A DNA stretch of 64,000 nucleotides from an uncultured Ignavibacteria bacterium (GTDB lineage Bacteria > Zixibacteria > MSB-5A5 > DSPP01 > RBG-1). Position 1 is the stretch's first letter. The number at the start of each line of letters is the position of its first letter. Below the pieces are notes generated by a model. That model saw nothing but the letters and a program-made list of their open reading frames with translations, had not been told where the DNA came from and searched no databases. The DNA lies in contig CAYNPJ010000001.1 of assembly GCA_964399055.1 (NCBI GenBank), positions 582,935 through 646,934 on the forward strand. Direction: 5' to 3'. Made by a program: the position numbers and the translations under genes. Of the stretch, positions 19,601 to 27,673 are shown one piece after another.

Positions 19601-19789
19601 CCGCCTCCCTGGAAGGACTTCTTTCACGATGCCGGAATAGGATTGGTCTATGAGATTCCCTATCTTGACCAGATTTTTTCCGACAGCCGGGTCAGATTAG
19701 ATTTTCCTTTCTGGCTGGATAAACCCCAGGTTGGTGAAAAACATTTTAAATTCCGCTGGTTGTTTTCCATGGGCGGGGGAATCTTGTAA
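16673..19789 (+). CDS. M1-family zinc metallopeptidase fused to a C-terminal Omp85/surface-antigen-like beta-barrel
   Basis: Signal peptide. Gluzincin motif VLAHEIAHNWFYG...LDEGF (HExxH plus E at 18 aa). The C-terminal roughly 400 aa are aromatic-rich and carry the GGNVRGY motif reminiscent of the Omp85 L6-loop VRGY/F. Confidence 0.55.
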   Translation: MEVTVKKALFCCIILVWSWTGAQAYWQQEVHYKIEAEFIPKEDKIVGQETLIYTNNSPDTLNKVYFHLYLNAFQPGSPMDIKSRQEEDYSIAELAPRQWGKMEIKKVKINGKEIDKFEIDYTVMEIILPLPLLPNQETEIYLEFEDQIPVFGARTGKQGKHYDIGQWYPKIAVYDRYGWHNEQYLGTGEFYGDFGKFEVTFTAPEEYILGHTGELLNQEELFPGLPKAAEDTVLVDILKKYKEDQDSTKLEIIAGKNAKGGNNKREDKSDEADTTIKKRPWKMQAENVHDFFIAANPDFIWDRAQLGDITINTLYPKDAARIWQKKAAEETKFCLQFMSEKFGQYPYTQFTSVAGAVRGGMEYPQIITMSKKIGDPVSHRFFSVLAHEIAHNWFYGLIGNNETRQACLDEGFTSFATILMMEERFGRYNNSYEWQNWIQKTFYSNDDERTGYARSYLKRANRKEEEPIDTHSDRFVNPRNYRLAVYNKTASVLFMLQYALGDSLFDSAMQEYFNWWHWKHPYLGDFQTVMEDMSKQSLEWFFDEWFEKTRRLDFGIASVKSKKIEESGRGYLTQVKVKKEKEAVMPLDLQFKLADGTLHTEKIPVEVWLEERKEYVASVELPTKPKSVEINPDQRLLDVNRLNNYFVPGLPSPLPKLRFDYNYLNKYNPVPVDAYQFLFNPSFWYNDVDGLKSGLRLKGSYLEWSHNSNLALWMGPMSGRFHYDVSWKEPSFWLGPVTYLNLRSFYSEGRQGEEASLEKVNLRIPGYREYFEPQGSRYGVGIYTYRLKSERWLPPAISWDSGDLNLIKAHYLGMFPGRYYDQEFSAEFSTDFYRTDFNLHKLWLEYKGELDLKISQVWSWRVSFGYANGKLPVQDRFYLASASPLEEFANSWYRSRGSLPNKWREEGNLYMPGGGNVRGYTEMILSGQKLFSLNFKWAFPNYLKLIPARVPYLSEQINSLKWDLFYDFGSVWNSDDPPPWKDFFHDAGIGLVYEIPYLDQIFSDSRVRLDFPFWLDKPQVGEKHFKFRWLFSMGGGIL

Positions 19790-19851
19790 TATTTTACTTG
19801 ACTTAAGACAGTCAATCCCTATTTTACCGGCACAAACGGAGGATGGAAAAA

Positions 19852-19929
19852 ATGTGCAAGACCTGTGCGGCCCACAATCCCGGCAAGAAGGGAAGCAAGA
19901 AGGGAATGAAGGGGACTAAGAAGAAATAA
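19852..19929 (+). CDS. possible 25-aa Cys/Lys-rich small protein
   Basis: RBS GGAGGA 8 nt upstream of the ATG. Product is MCKTCAAHNPGKKGSKKGMKGTKKK and is followed by an intrinsic terminator. Speculative. Confidence 0.25.
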   Translation: MCKTCAAHNPGKKGSKKGMKGTKKK

Positions 19930-19954
19930 TAGCCCCCAGCAAAGGATGGCCTTG

Positions 19955-19986
19955 AGCCCCGATTGAATCGGGGCTCATTTTTTTTG
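19955..19986 (+). terminator. rho-independent terminator
   Basis: GAGCCCCGATT-GAAT-CGGGGCTC stem-loop followed by T8. Confidence 0.6.
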
Positions 19987-20157
19987 TAGGCCCCTACTGC
20001 TTACCTAGTTTTCCTCCTCCGCTTATTGACTTGATATTGGAGGGGTAAATAGTTATAATTTTCACAAGTGAGACAGAGGAAAATGGACCGGCAGATGAAT
20101 TATTTAGCCAGAGATGTTGGAAATAAGATAGCTCAAAAAATAATTTAAGGAGGATTT

Positions 20158-21006
20158 ATGGAGATTAAAAAGGTTGGATTAGTGGGCTGCGGTCTGATGG
20201 GCTCAGGAATCGCCGAGACCTGCGGCAAGGCCGGCTACGGTGTCACGGTCACCGAAGCCAATGAGCAGGCCTTAAAGAAGGGGCAGGAGAGAATCACCAA
20301 ATCGCTGGATAGAGCGGTAGAAAAGGGCAAAGCCACTGCCGAGCAGAAGCAGAAGACCCTGGAGCTTTTGACATTTACGCCGAAGTTAGAAGATTTGAAA
20401 GACAGCGACATCGTTATCGAAGCCGTGGTGGAAAACATGGAGGAGAAGAAAAAAATCTGGAAGACCCTTGACCCTCTCTGCCGGCCAGAGGCTATTTTTG
20501 CATCCAACACCTCCTCTTTATCCATTGTAGAGATGGCTTCAGTCACCAAGAGAGCCAGCCGGATGTTAGGCTTGCATTTTTTTAATCCGGTGCCGGTGAT
20601 GAAGTTAGTGGAGATGGTAAAACCAATCACAGTGGACGAAGAAGTTTTCACCACCACCCGGAAATTCGCCGAATCCTTGGGCAAGACCGTCATAGTGGCC
20701 AAAGACACGCCCGGATTTATCGTCAATCTGCTTTTAATCCCCTATTTACTTGACGCGATACGCGCCTTAGAGAAGGGAATCGGCACCAAGGAAGACATTG
20801 ATGCCGGCATGACCTTGGGCTGCGGACATCCGATGGGACCCCTTACCCTGACCGACTTTATCGGCTTAGACACCACTTACTTCATTGCCGAAGCCATGTA
20901 TAAAGAATTCAAAGACCCGCGCTATGCCTCTCCCCCTTTGCTAAAGAGCATGGTGATTGCCGGCTATCATGGTCGAAAGAGTGGCCGAGGATTTTACACT
21001 TACTAA
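20158..21006 (+). CDS. hbd: 3-hydroxybutyryl-CoA dehydrogenase
   Basis: NAD-binding VGLVGCGLMGSGIAE. 3-hydroxyacyl-CoA dehydrogenase N- and C-terminal domains. Confidence 0.85.
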   Translation: MEIKKVGLVGCGLMGSGIAETCGKAGYGVTVTEANEQALKKGQERITKSLDRAVEKGKATAEQKQKTLELLTFTPKLEDLKDSDIVIEAVVENMEEKKKIWKTLDPLCRPEAIFASNTSSLSIVEMASVTKRASRMLGLHFFNPVPVMKLVEMVKPITVDEEVFTTTRKFAESLGKTVIVAKDTPGFIVNLLLIPYLLDAIRALEKGIGTKEDIDAGMTLGCGHPMGPLTLTDFIGLDTTYFIAEAMYKEFKDPRYASPPLLKSMVIAGYHGRKSGRGFYTY

Positions 21007-21009
21007 GGG

Positions 21010-21798
21010 ATGGATATGAATTACCAGAACATCTTATTGGAAAAGGAAGATAGGTTAGCGGTCATAACCATCAATCGTCCCAATGTTTTGAATGCCCTAA
21101 ATGACCAGACCATATCCGAGCTGCATCAGTGTCTACGAGAGATTTCCAGAGAAGCAGATGTCAGAGTCGTCATCCTCACCGGGGCAGGAGAGAAGGCCTT
21201 TGTGGCCGGAGCTGATATTAACGAGCTAAAGGTCTGCGACTCCCTTTCCGGGCATAGAAAATCTGTAAATGGCCAGAGCTTGTTAAACCATATCGAGAAT
21301 ATGGAACAGGTGGTGATTGCCGCCATTAATGGCTTTGCCTTAGGCGGTGGGTGTGAGTTAGCTTTGGCCTGCGATATCAGAATTGCCTCGGAGAACGCTA
21401 AATTAGGGCAGCCGGAAGTTAATTTAGGTATAATCCCGGGTTACGGAGGCACCCAGAGATTATCTCGCCTGGTCGGCAGAGGAAAAGCCAAGGAGCTGAT
21501 TTTCACCGGCGATATGGTAGATGCCCAAGAGGCTTTAAGAATCGGTCTGGTGGAAAAAGTCGTTCCTCTGCCGGAGCTTTTGAAAACCGCCAAAGAGATA
21601 GCCCAGAAGATTATTTCCAAGGGTCCCTTGGCCATTAAGGCGGCCAAGCGGGCGATTAATTTGGGTCTGAACGTGGATTTGAAATCTGGCTTGGATTATG
21701 AAGCCATGGAGTTCTCAGCCATCTGCGCCACAGAAGACAAGAGCGAAGGAACCTCGGCATTTTTGGAAAAGAGGAAGCCGGATTTTAAGGGAAAGTAG
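21010..21798 (+). CDS. enoyl-CoA hydratase (crotonase family)
   Basis: Crotonase fold motifs AAINGFALGGGCELALACDIRIA and ...GGTQRL. Confidence 0.85.
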   Translation: MDMNYQNILLEKEDRLAVITINRPNVLNALNDQTISELHQCLREISREADVRVVILTGAGEKAFVAGADINELKVCDSLSGHRKSVNGQSLLNHIENMEQVVIAAINGFALGGGCELALACDIRIASENAKLGQPEVNLGIIPGYGGTQRLSRLVGRGKAKELIFTGDMVDAQEALRIGLVEKVVPLPELLKTAKEIAQKIISKGPLAIKAAKRAINLGLNVDLKSGLDYEAMEFSAICATEDKSEGTSAFLEKRKPDFKGK

Positions 21799-21848
21799 AA
21801 GATTCCGTCAGTTACTGTTTCGCCTATTATTACAATGATAAATTCTCA

Positions 21849-21877
21849 GGGGCTGGTTGCAAAGCCAGCCCTTTTTA
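21849..21877 (+). terminator. rho-independent terminator
   Basis: GGGGCTGG-TTGCAAA-GCCAGCCC followed by TTTTT. Confidence 0.55.
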
Positions 21878-21962
21878 TTATTCAATTTGAATTTTTAATT
21901 ATAATTCTTAATTTAATGTCCCTGATTTAACGGGAAAAAGACTGAATCTTTAAGGAGGAAAA

Positions 21963-22541
21963 ATGGCAGGCGAGATAAAGATTACCAAGAAGTTCATCGC
22001 TTTCTTTTTCGGTGGAATTGTCCTGGCGGTATTTCTGGGTATCGTGGCCGGGCAGTATTTCAATGAGTGGAGGTTAAAGCGGGCACAAGAGAAGTTGATG
22101 AAGGAAAACCCTCCTATTACTTTGAAGGAAGGGGACATTATTCCCAATTTCACCTTTGCCAACCTGGATGGAAAACAGGAGGGAATCTACCAGATTCTGC
22201 AGTATGACAAGGCGGTGCTGATGCTGATGAGCACCTCTTGCGGTTTCTGCGCCAAGGAGATTGAAAAGTGGAAGGCCGAGCTAGCCACCCTGCCGGAGGA
22301 TGTGCAGTTAATCGGAATCTCCGCGGACTCGCTTGACAAATTAGTTTCTTACAGCCAGGAGAAGCAGATTTCTTTCCCCATGCTGTGCGATATGGCGGGC
22401 AAGTTCTTTGAGCAGTATCAGGTGAAGAGCTTTCCGGTTTTGGTCTTGGTGGACGCCAATAAAAAAGTGGTCAAGATTATGTCCGGCTATGACGCCAAGA
22501 AGAAGGTCAAAGATTACGTCAAGATGCTGGCCATGAAGTAG
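21963..22541 (+). CDS. membrane-anchored TlpA/ResA-like thiol-disulfide oxidoreductase
   Basis: N-terminal TM helix. Thioredoxin-fold CxxC motif STSCGFCAKE. Confidence 0.7.
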   Translation: MAGEIKITKKFIAFFFGGIVLAVFLGIVAGQYFNEWRLKRAQEKLMKENPPITLKEGDIIPNFTFANLDGKQEGIYQILQYDKAVLMLMSTSCGFCAKEIEKWKAELATLPEDVQLIGISADSLDKLVSYSQEKQISFPMLCDMAGKFFEQYQVKSFPVLVLVDANKKVVKIMSGYDAKKKVKDYVKMLAMK

Positions 22542-22581
22542 TTCCGTTTTCAGGCAGAACAAATTTAAGACAGAATTCAAG

Positions 22582-22609
22582 CACTCCGACAAAATCGGAG
22601 TGTTTTTTT
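22582..22609 (+). terminator. rho-independent terminator
   Basis: CACTCCGA-CAAAA-TCGGAGTG followed by T7. Confidence 0.55.
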
Positions 22610-22650
22610 CAAATGGATTAACCCGGAAATTTGTAGTATCTTTAGTTAAT

Positions 22651-24045
22651 ATGAGTGAGATCAAAGAAAAAGAGATTTTAGATGCCCTGCGCTCGGTCAA
22701 AGACCCGGATTTGGGCCGGGACATTGTCGAGTTGGGCTTCGTCAAGAATCTTAAGATTGTAGGTGAGAAAGCTTCCTTCACCATTGAGCTAACCACTCCG
22801 GCCTGTCCGGTCAAGGATCGACTGAAAGAGGAAGCCAGAGGAGCCGCCCTTTCAGTTCCTGGAATAAAAGAGGCTGAAATCCAGATGACCGCCAGAGTCC
22901 GCCCCAGTCTGTCAAGACAGAAAGAAGAGTTGATTCCCCGGGTCAAGAATGTCATTCCCATAGCCAGCGGCAAAGGAGGAGTGGGAAAATCGACAGTCAG
23001 CGCCAATTTAGCCGTGGCTCTGGTGCAGATGGGCGCTAAAGTGGGTTTAATGGACGCAGATGTTTACGGGCCCAGCATCCCCAGAATAATGGGAGTCACC
23101 CAGAGTCCGCAGGTCTTACCCGGCAACAAAGTAATTCCGCCGGAAGAGCAGGGAGTGAAAATTATCTCTATGGGTTTTTTCTTAAGGGAAGGAGAGGCAG
23201 TGGTCTGGCGGGGACCGATGCTGCACAAAACCATTCAGCAATTCTTAGGTGACGTGGAATGGGGGGAGTTAGATTACCTAATCGTCGATTTACCGCCTGG
23301 CACCGGAGACGTTCAGTTAAGCATCTGCCAGACCATCCCTTTAACCGGAGCAGCCATAGTCTCCACTCCTCAGGATGTGGCTTTAAAAGTGGCTGAAAAG
23401 GCCATTGTCATGTTCAAGAAGCTCAACACTCCAATTCTGGGAATGATTGAGAACATGAGCGGATTTGTCTGCTCTTCTTGCGGCCAGAAAAATGACATCT
23501 TCGGAAGCGGAGGAGCCAGAGAATACAGTCTGGAAAACGGCATTCCCTTTTTAGGAGAAATTCCCCTGGATACTAATCTGCGTCTGAGTTCAGATGCAGG
23601 CATACCCATAGTCAAAAGCTCCCCTGATTCAGCAGTGGCCAAAGCTTTCCAGCAGATAGCCCGGAATTTAGCCGCCCAGGTGAGCATCAAGAATTTAGGT
23701 GGAACTGTTGCCCGCTTAGCCCCCAGGCAGGTCAGCCAGCCGGATGTCAGTCACCTGAAAATTGTCTGGAATGACGGGCATGAAAGTATTTACTCAACTT
23801 ATGCACTAAGAACAGCCTGCCAGTGTGCGGTCTGCGTGGATGAGATGAGTGGACATAAAAAACTAAAACCGGAAGAGGTTGACCCTAAGATTCTCATTTT
23901 AGGAATCAATCCAGTAGGACAATATGCACTGCAGTTCCGCTTCAGTGACGGACATTCCACCGGCATATATGCTTTTGATTATCTGCGCTCTTTATGTAAT
24001 TGCTCCGAATGTCAGTCTAAAGCCAATGTAAAGATTTCAGGCTAG
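22651..24045 (+). CDS. apbC: Mrp/NBP35-family Fe-S cluster carrier ATPase with N-terminal DUF59 and C-terminal DUF971 domains
   Basis: P-loop IASGKGGVGKST and CxxC SSCGQ. N-terminal MIP18-like region. C-terminal Cys-rich DUF971-like tail. Start moved to the ATG after the upstream terminator. Confidence 0.8.
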   Translation: MSEIKEKEILDALRSVKDPDLGRDIVELGFVKNLKIVGEKASFTIELTTPACPVKDRLKEEARGAALSVPGIKEAEIQMTARVRPSLSRQKEELIPRVKNVIPIASGKGGVGKSTVSANLAVALVQMGAKVGLMDADVYGPSIPRIMGVTQSPQVLPGNKVIPPEEQGVKIISMGFFLREGEAVVWRGPMLHKTIQQFLGDVEWGELDYLIVDLPPGTGDVQLSICQTIPLTGAAIVSTPQDVALKVAEKAIVMFKKLNTPILGMIENMSGFVCSSCGQKNDIFGSGGAREYSLENGIPFLGEIPLDTNLRLSSDAGIPIVKSSPDSAVAKAFQQIARNLAAQVSIKNLGGTVARLAPRQVSQPDVSHLKIVWNDGHESIYSTYALRTACQCAVCVDEMSGHKKLKPEEVDPKILILGINPVGQYALQFRFSDGHSTGIYAFDYLRSLCNCSECQSKANVKISG

Positions 24046-24275
24046 CAAATGAAATCTCTTTACTGTCTTCTTTCTTGAAGTAACGGTTCGAGTTGCGTCC
24101 GGGCAATTCTGCCAAACATAGGACTATTCTGCCCGTAAAAACTCAGAGAAAAAGGTTGACTTTTGAAAATTAAAGAGAAATATTAAATATTTATTATTCT
24201 GAATGCCTGTCAGGATTGATTTCCTTGCCAAGCAAGATAGAAGCATAAAATAGCATAAGAGGAGAGAAAAAATTT

Positions 24276-25337
24276 ATGCCTGTAAACGCCAAGTTGGCGA
24301 CCAAGCCCAAGCAGGAGACCAGCCTGCCCTTTACCTCGGTAGAGGAGGCCAGAAAGCTCTATTACCTCCTGCTTAAGTGCCGGCTGGTGGACGAAGCCAA
24401 CCGCAAGCACTTCCGCACCGGGAAGTTCTTAGGGACCTATTATTCCGCAGTTGGGCAGGAAGCCACTACCGTAGTTCCGGCCTTTCTACTTAAACCTGAA
24501 GACGTGATTGCCCCCCAGCACCGAGAGATTGGCTGCAGTATCGGGCGGCAGGTCCCCTTGAAGCTGATGTTAGCCCACAACATGGGGCGCAGAGCTGGAT
24601 TTGACAAAGGAAAGAATCACCCTTGCCACTATGGCGGCAGTCAGTGGAATATTATTAACCCGGCTTCCACGATGGCGGCCCAGACTGTAGTGGGAAGCGG
24701 CTGCGCCCTGGCTTTCAAATTACAGAAGAGAGATAACGTTGTCATCGCCTTCACCGGCGAAGGCGGAACTTCCCAGGCCGGCTGGCATGAGGCCTGCAAC
24801 TTGGCCGGAGTTCACAAGCTCCCCATGATTTTCATCTGTCAGAATAACCTCTGGGCAGAATCGGTGCCAGCCAGCCTTCAGGCCGGGATAACGGATTTTT
24901 CCGACCGGGCCAAGGCCTACGGCTTTCCCGGAATCACTATTGACGGCAATGACGTAATTGCGGTTTACACCACGGTCAAGGAGGCCATAGCCCGGGCCAG
25001 AAAAGGAGAAGGTCCCACCTTAATCGAGATGAAGACTTACCGCTGGTACGGCCACTCGGAAATCGACCCGGCTGATTACCGGACCAATGATGAGGTAGAG
25101 GAGTGGAAGAAGAAAGACCCTTTGCCCCGCTTTGAAAAATTTCTGCTGGAGCGGGGAGTCATTACTCAGGCTGAAGTCGAAGAGCTGACCGCTCAGATTA
25201 AAAGAGAGCATGAAGAGGCTTCGGATTGGGCGGCCAACTCCCCCTTGCCGGCCCCGGAAGAAGCCATCGAAGACGTTTACGTACCCGGCACCAGAGTAGA
25301 GGAGATGCACCGTGAGCAGAACCGTAACTTTCATTGA
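24276..25337 (+). CDS. 2-oxoacid dehydrogenase E1 component alpha subunit (TPP-dependent)
   Basis: TPP-binding region GEGGTSQAGWHEACNLAG...IFICQNN. Operon position upstream of E1beta-E2-E3. Confidence 0.8.
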   Translation: MPVNAKLATKPKQETSLPFTSVEEARKLYYLLLKCRLVDEANRKHFRTGKFLGTYYSAVGQEATTVVPAFLLKPEDVIAPQHREIGCSIGRQVPLKLMLAHNMGRRAGFDKGKNHPCHYGGSQWNIINPASTMAAQTVVGSGCALAFKLQKRDNVVIAFTGEGGTSQAGWHEACNLAGVHKLPMIFICQNNLWAESVPASLQAGITDFSDRAKAYGFPGITIDGNDVIAVYTTVKEAIARARKGEGPTLIEMKTYRWYGHSEIDPADYRTNDEVEEWKKKDPLPRFEKFLLERGVITQAEVEELTAQIKREHEEASDWAANSPLPAPEEAIEDVYVPGTRVEEMHREQNRNFH

Positions 25338-26298
25338 TGCCATAACCGAGGCGATGAGAGAGGAGATGGAGCGGGATGAAACCGTCTATCTCATCGGCGA
25401 GGACATAGGAATTTATGGCGGAGTCTTCAAAGCCACCAAAGGCTTACAGAAACAATTCGGCGAATACAGAGTAATAGACTCGCCCTTATCCGAAAACGTA
25501 ATAGTCGGCTCCTCCATCGGCGCGGCGATACAGGGCATGAGGCCGGTGCCGGAGATTCAGTTCTCCGATTTTATCACCCCGGCTATGGACCAGATTGTCC
25601 AGCAAGCGGCCAAGCTGCGCTACCGCTCCGGCGGGGATTACAAGATTCCCATGACCATCCGGGTCTGCTGCGGCGGAGAAGTGGGGGGCGGCCTGTATCA
25701 CTCCCAGATTAACGAAGCCTGGTTTGTCCACACGCCCGGATTAGTGGTGGTGGCTCCTTCCACCCCTTATGATGCCAAGGGCCTGCTCAAAGCCTCTATC
25801 AGAGACGACAACCCGGTAATCTTCTTCGAGCACAAAAAACTCTACCGCTCCATTAAGGCTGAAATTCCAGACGGAGACTACACCATCCCCTTGGGCTCTG
25901 CTGATATCAAGCGACCGGGCAAGCATGTCACCATCATTACCTACATGCTAATGCTGCACAAGTCCCTTAAGGCGGCCGAAGAGTTAGCCCAAGAGGGGAT
26001 TGAATGCGAAGTGATTGACCTGCGGACAATTTACCCGATTGACAAACAGACCATTTTGGAATCGGTCAAAAAGACCGGCAAAGTTGTAATAGTGGTAGAA
26101 GCTCCCAAGACCGGCTCAGTGGCCGGAGAGCTTTCTGCCATTATCTCCGAGGAGGTCTTTGAATATCTGGATGCCCCCATCATCAGGGTTTGCGGACCGG
26201 ACACACCGCCGATTCCCTTCTCCCCACCCATGGAGCACTTTTGGCTTCCCAGCCCGGAGAGGATCATCAAGGCGGTCAAGCACGTGGTCAATTATTAG
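25312..26298 (+). CDS. 2-oxoacid dehydrogenase E1 component beta subunit
   Basis: Transketolase-like pyrimidine-binding and C-terminal domains, with typical E1beta conservation (IGEDIG.YGGVFK). Confidence 0.85.
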   Translation: MSRTVTFIDAITEAMREEMERDETVYLIGEDIGIYGGVFKATKGLQKQFGEYRVIDSPLSENVIVGSSIGAAIQGMRPVPEIQFSDFITPAMDQIVQQAAKLRYRSGGDYKIPMTIRVCCGGEVGGGLYHSQINEAWFVHTPGLVVVAPSTPYDAKGLLKASIRDDNPVIFFEHKKLYRSIKAEIPDGDYTIPLGSADIKRPGKHVTIITYMLMLHKSLKAAEELAQEGIECEVIDLRTIYPIDKQTILESVKKTGKVVIVVEAPKTGSVAGELSAIISEEVFEYLDAPIIRVCGPDTPPIPFSPPMEHFWLPSPERIIKAVKHVVNY

Positions 26299-26306
26299 GA
26301 GGACCG

Positions 26307-27599
26307 ATGGCAATAGAGATAGTGATACCCCAGTTAGGCGAGTCGGTAGTAGAGGGGACCATTTCCAAATGGCTCAAGAAGGAAGGGGATAAAATCGACA
26401 AGGATGAGCCGCTGGTCGAAATTGCCACGGATAAAATCAACATCGAGATTCCTTCACCCAAGGCCGGCACTTTAGGAAAAATCATTGTTAAAGAAGGCAC
26501 AGTGGTTCCGGTCGGCGAGTTGATAGGCTTATTAGCCGAGCCGGGAGAATCTTTAGATTCGCTCAAGGCTCCGGCTGGAGTCAAAACCGAGAAGGGAGTA
26601 GAAAAGCCTTCTTCCGCACCAACCACTTCTGGAGCTGCCTCAGAAACAGAAGCAGTTGAGACAGACCACAAACGTCTCTCTCCGGCGGTCAGACGGCTGG
26701 TGAAGGAACATAACTTAGATGTCAACAGGATAAGAGGGACCGGCTCCGAAGGCCGCATCACCCGAGACGATGTCTTAGCTTACATTGAGCAGTCGAAATC
26801 CGCTCCGGCACCTGCCAGGGCCGAGACCGCTCCCAAACCAGCTCCCAAGACAGTTCCCACATATGCCCCTTCGGCTCCAGCAGGGCCACGAGAAGAGATT
26901 ATCCCCATGACCCAGGTGCGAAGAATCATTGCCGAGCACATGACAAAAAGCGCCTACACGGCCCCGCATGTCACCACCTGGGATGAATTCGACTGTACCA
27001 AATTGGTAGAAATACGGGAGAAGCTAAAAATCATTGCTCAGGAAAAATACAACATCAAGCTGACTTATATGCCTTTGATTGCCAAGGCCTCGGTGATGGC
27101 ATTGAAGGAATATCCCTTGGTAAACGCTTCCCTTGAGGGTGAGAATATCCGCCTGAAAAAATTCTACAACATCGGCATGGCCGTGGGCCGTGACTCCGGT
27201 CTTATCGTGGTAGTGGTCAAGGACTGCGACAAGAAGTCGCTCTTGCAGATTGCTTCGGAGATGACCCAATTGGGTGAGAAAGCCCGGACCGATAAGCTGA
27301 CCTTAGATGAGATTCAGGGAAGCACTTTTACCCTGACCAATGCAGGGATGTACGGCGCACTGGCCTCTACTCCGATAATTAATTACCCCGAGGTAGCCAT
27401 CTTAGGACTGCATATGATTCAGAAGCGTCCGGCGGTGGTTGACAACCAGATTGTGATCCGGGAGATGATGACCGCCTGTTTATCTTTTGACCACCGTCTG
27501 ATTGACGGCCACTATGCAGTCCAATTTTTACACCGCATTAAATACTTCATAGAGCATCCGGATGAGTGGCTCTTGAGCGCGGTCTTGGATGCAGTTTAG
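26307..27599 (+). CDS. dihydrolipoamide acyltransferase E2 component
   Basis: RBS AGGAGG precedes the ATG at 26307. Lipoyl domain IATDKINIEI, E3-binding LSPAVRRLVKEHNLD, catalytic DHRLIDG. Confidence 0.85.
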   Translation: MAIEIVIPQLGESVVEGTISKWLKKEGDKIDKDEPLVEIATDKINIEIPSPKAGTLGKIIVKEGTVVPVGELIGLLAEPGESLDSLKAPAGVKTEKGVEKPSSAPTTSGAASETEAVETDHKRLSPAVRRLVKEHNLDVNRIRGTGSEGRITRDDVLAYIEQSKSAPAPARAETAPKPAPKTVPTYAPSAPAGPREEIIPMTQVRRIIAEHMTKSAYTAPHVTTWDEFDCTKLVEIREKLKIIAQEKYNIKLTYMPLIAKASVMALKEYPLVNASLEGENIRLKKFYNIGMAVGRDSGLIVVVVKDCDKKSLLQIASEMTQLGEKARTDKLTLDEIQGSTFTLTNAGMYGALASTPIINYPEVAILGLHMIQKRPAVVDNQIVIREMMTACLSFDHRLIDGHYAVQFLHRIKYFIEHPDEWLLSAVLDAV

Positions 27600-27673
27600 G
27601 TAGAAAATATGCCTTGCTTTCAGAAGAGTGGTAGGGGTCTGCCACTCTTTTTAATTCCCTAGAAAGGAAGAAT

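Noticed and set aside
19731-19919. 62-aa ORF from the six-frame track
   Set aside because: No RBS and odd composition. It overlaps the better-supported 25-aa candidate (RBS plus terminator) in a different frame. Both remain unproven
20020-20060. TTGACT...TATAAT promoter upstream of hbd
   Set aside because: The spacing between the -35-like and -10-like hexamers is about 22 nt, too long for a canonical sigma70 promoter, so it is not reported as a feature
22341-23006. 221-aa minus-strand ORF overlapping the thioredoxin-like and apbC genes
   Set aside because: Antisense shadow ORF inside two well-supported plus-strand genes, with no motifs. The same judgement applies to 20235-20726, 16250-16624, 26288-26761 and 59707-60129 on the minus strand and to other short antisense ORFs in the track
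26190-26306. N-terminal extension of the E2 gene proposed by the ORF track
   Set aside because: The extension overlaps the E1beta coding region in another frame and encodes low-complexity sequence. A canonical AGGAGG RBS precedes the ATG at 26307, where the lipoyl domain begins
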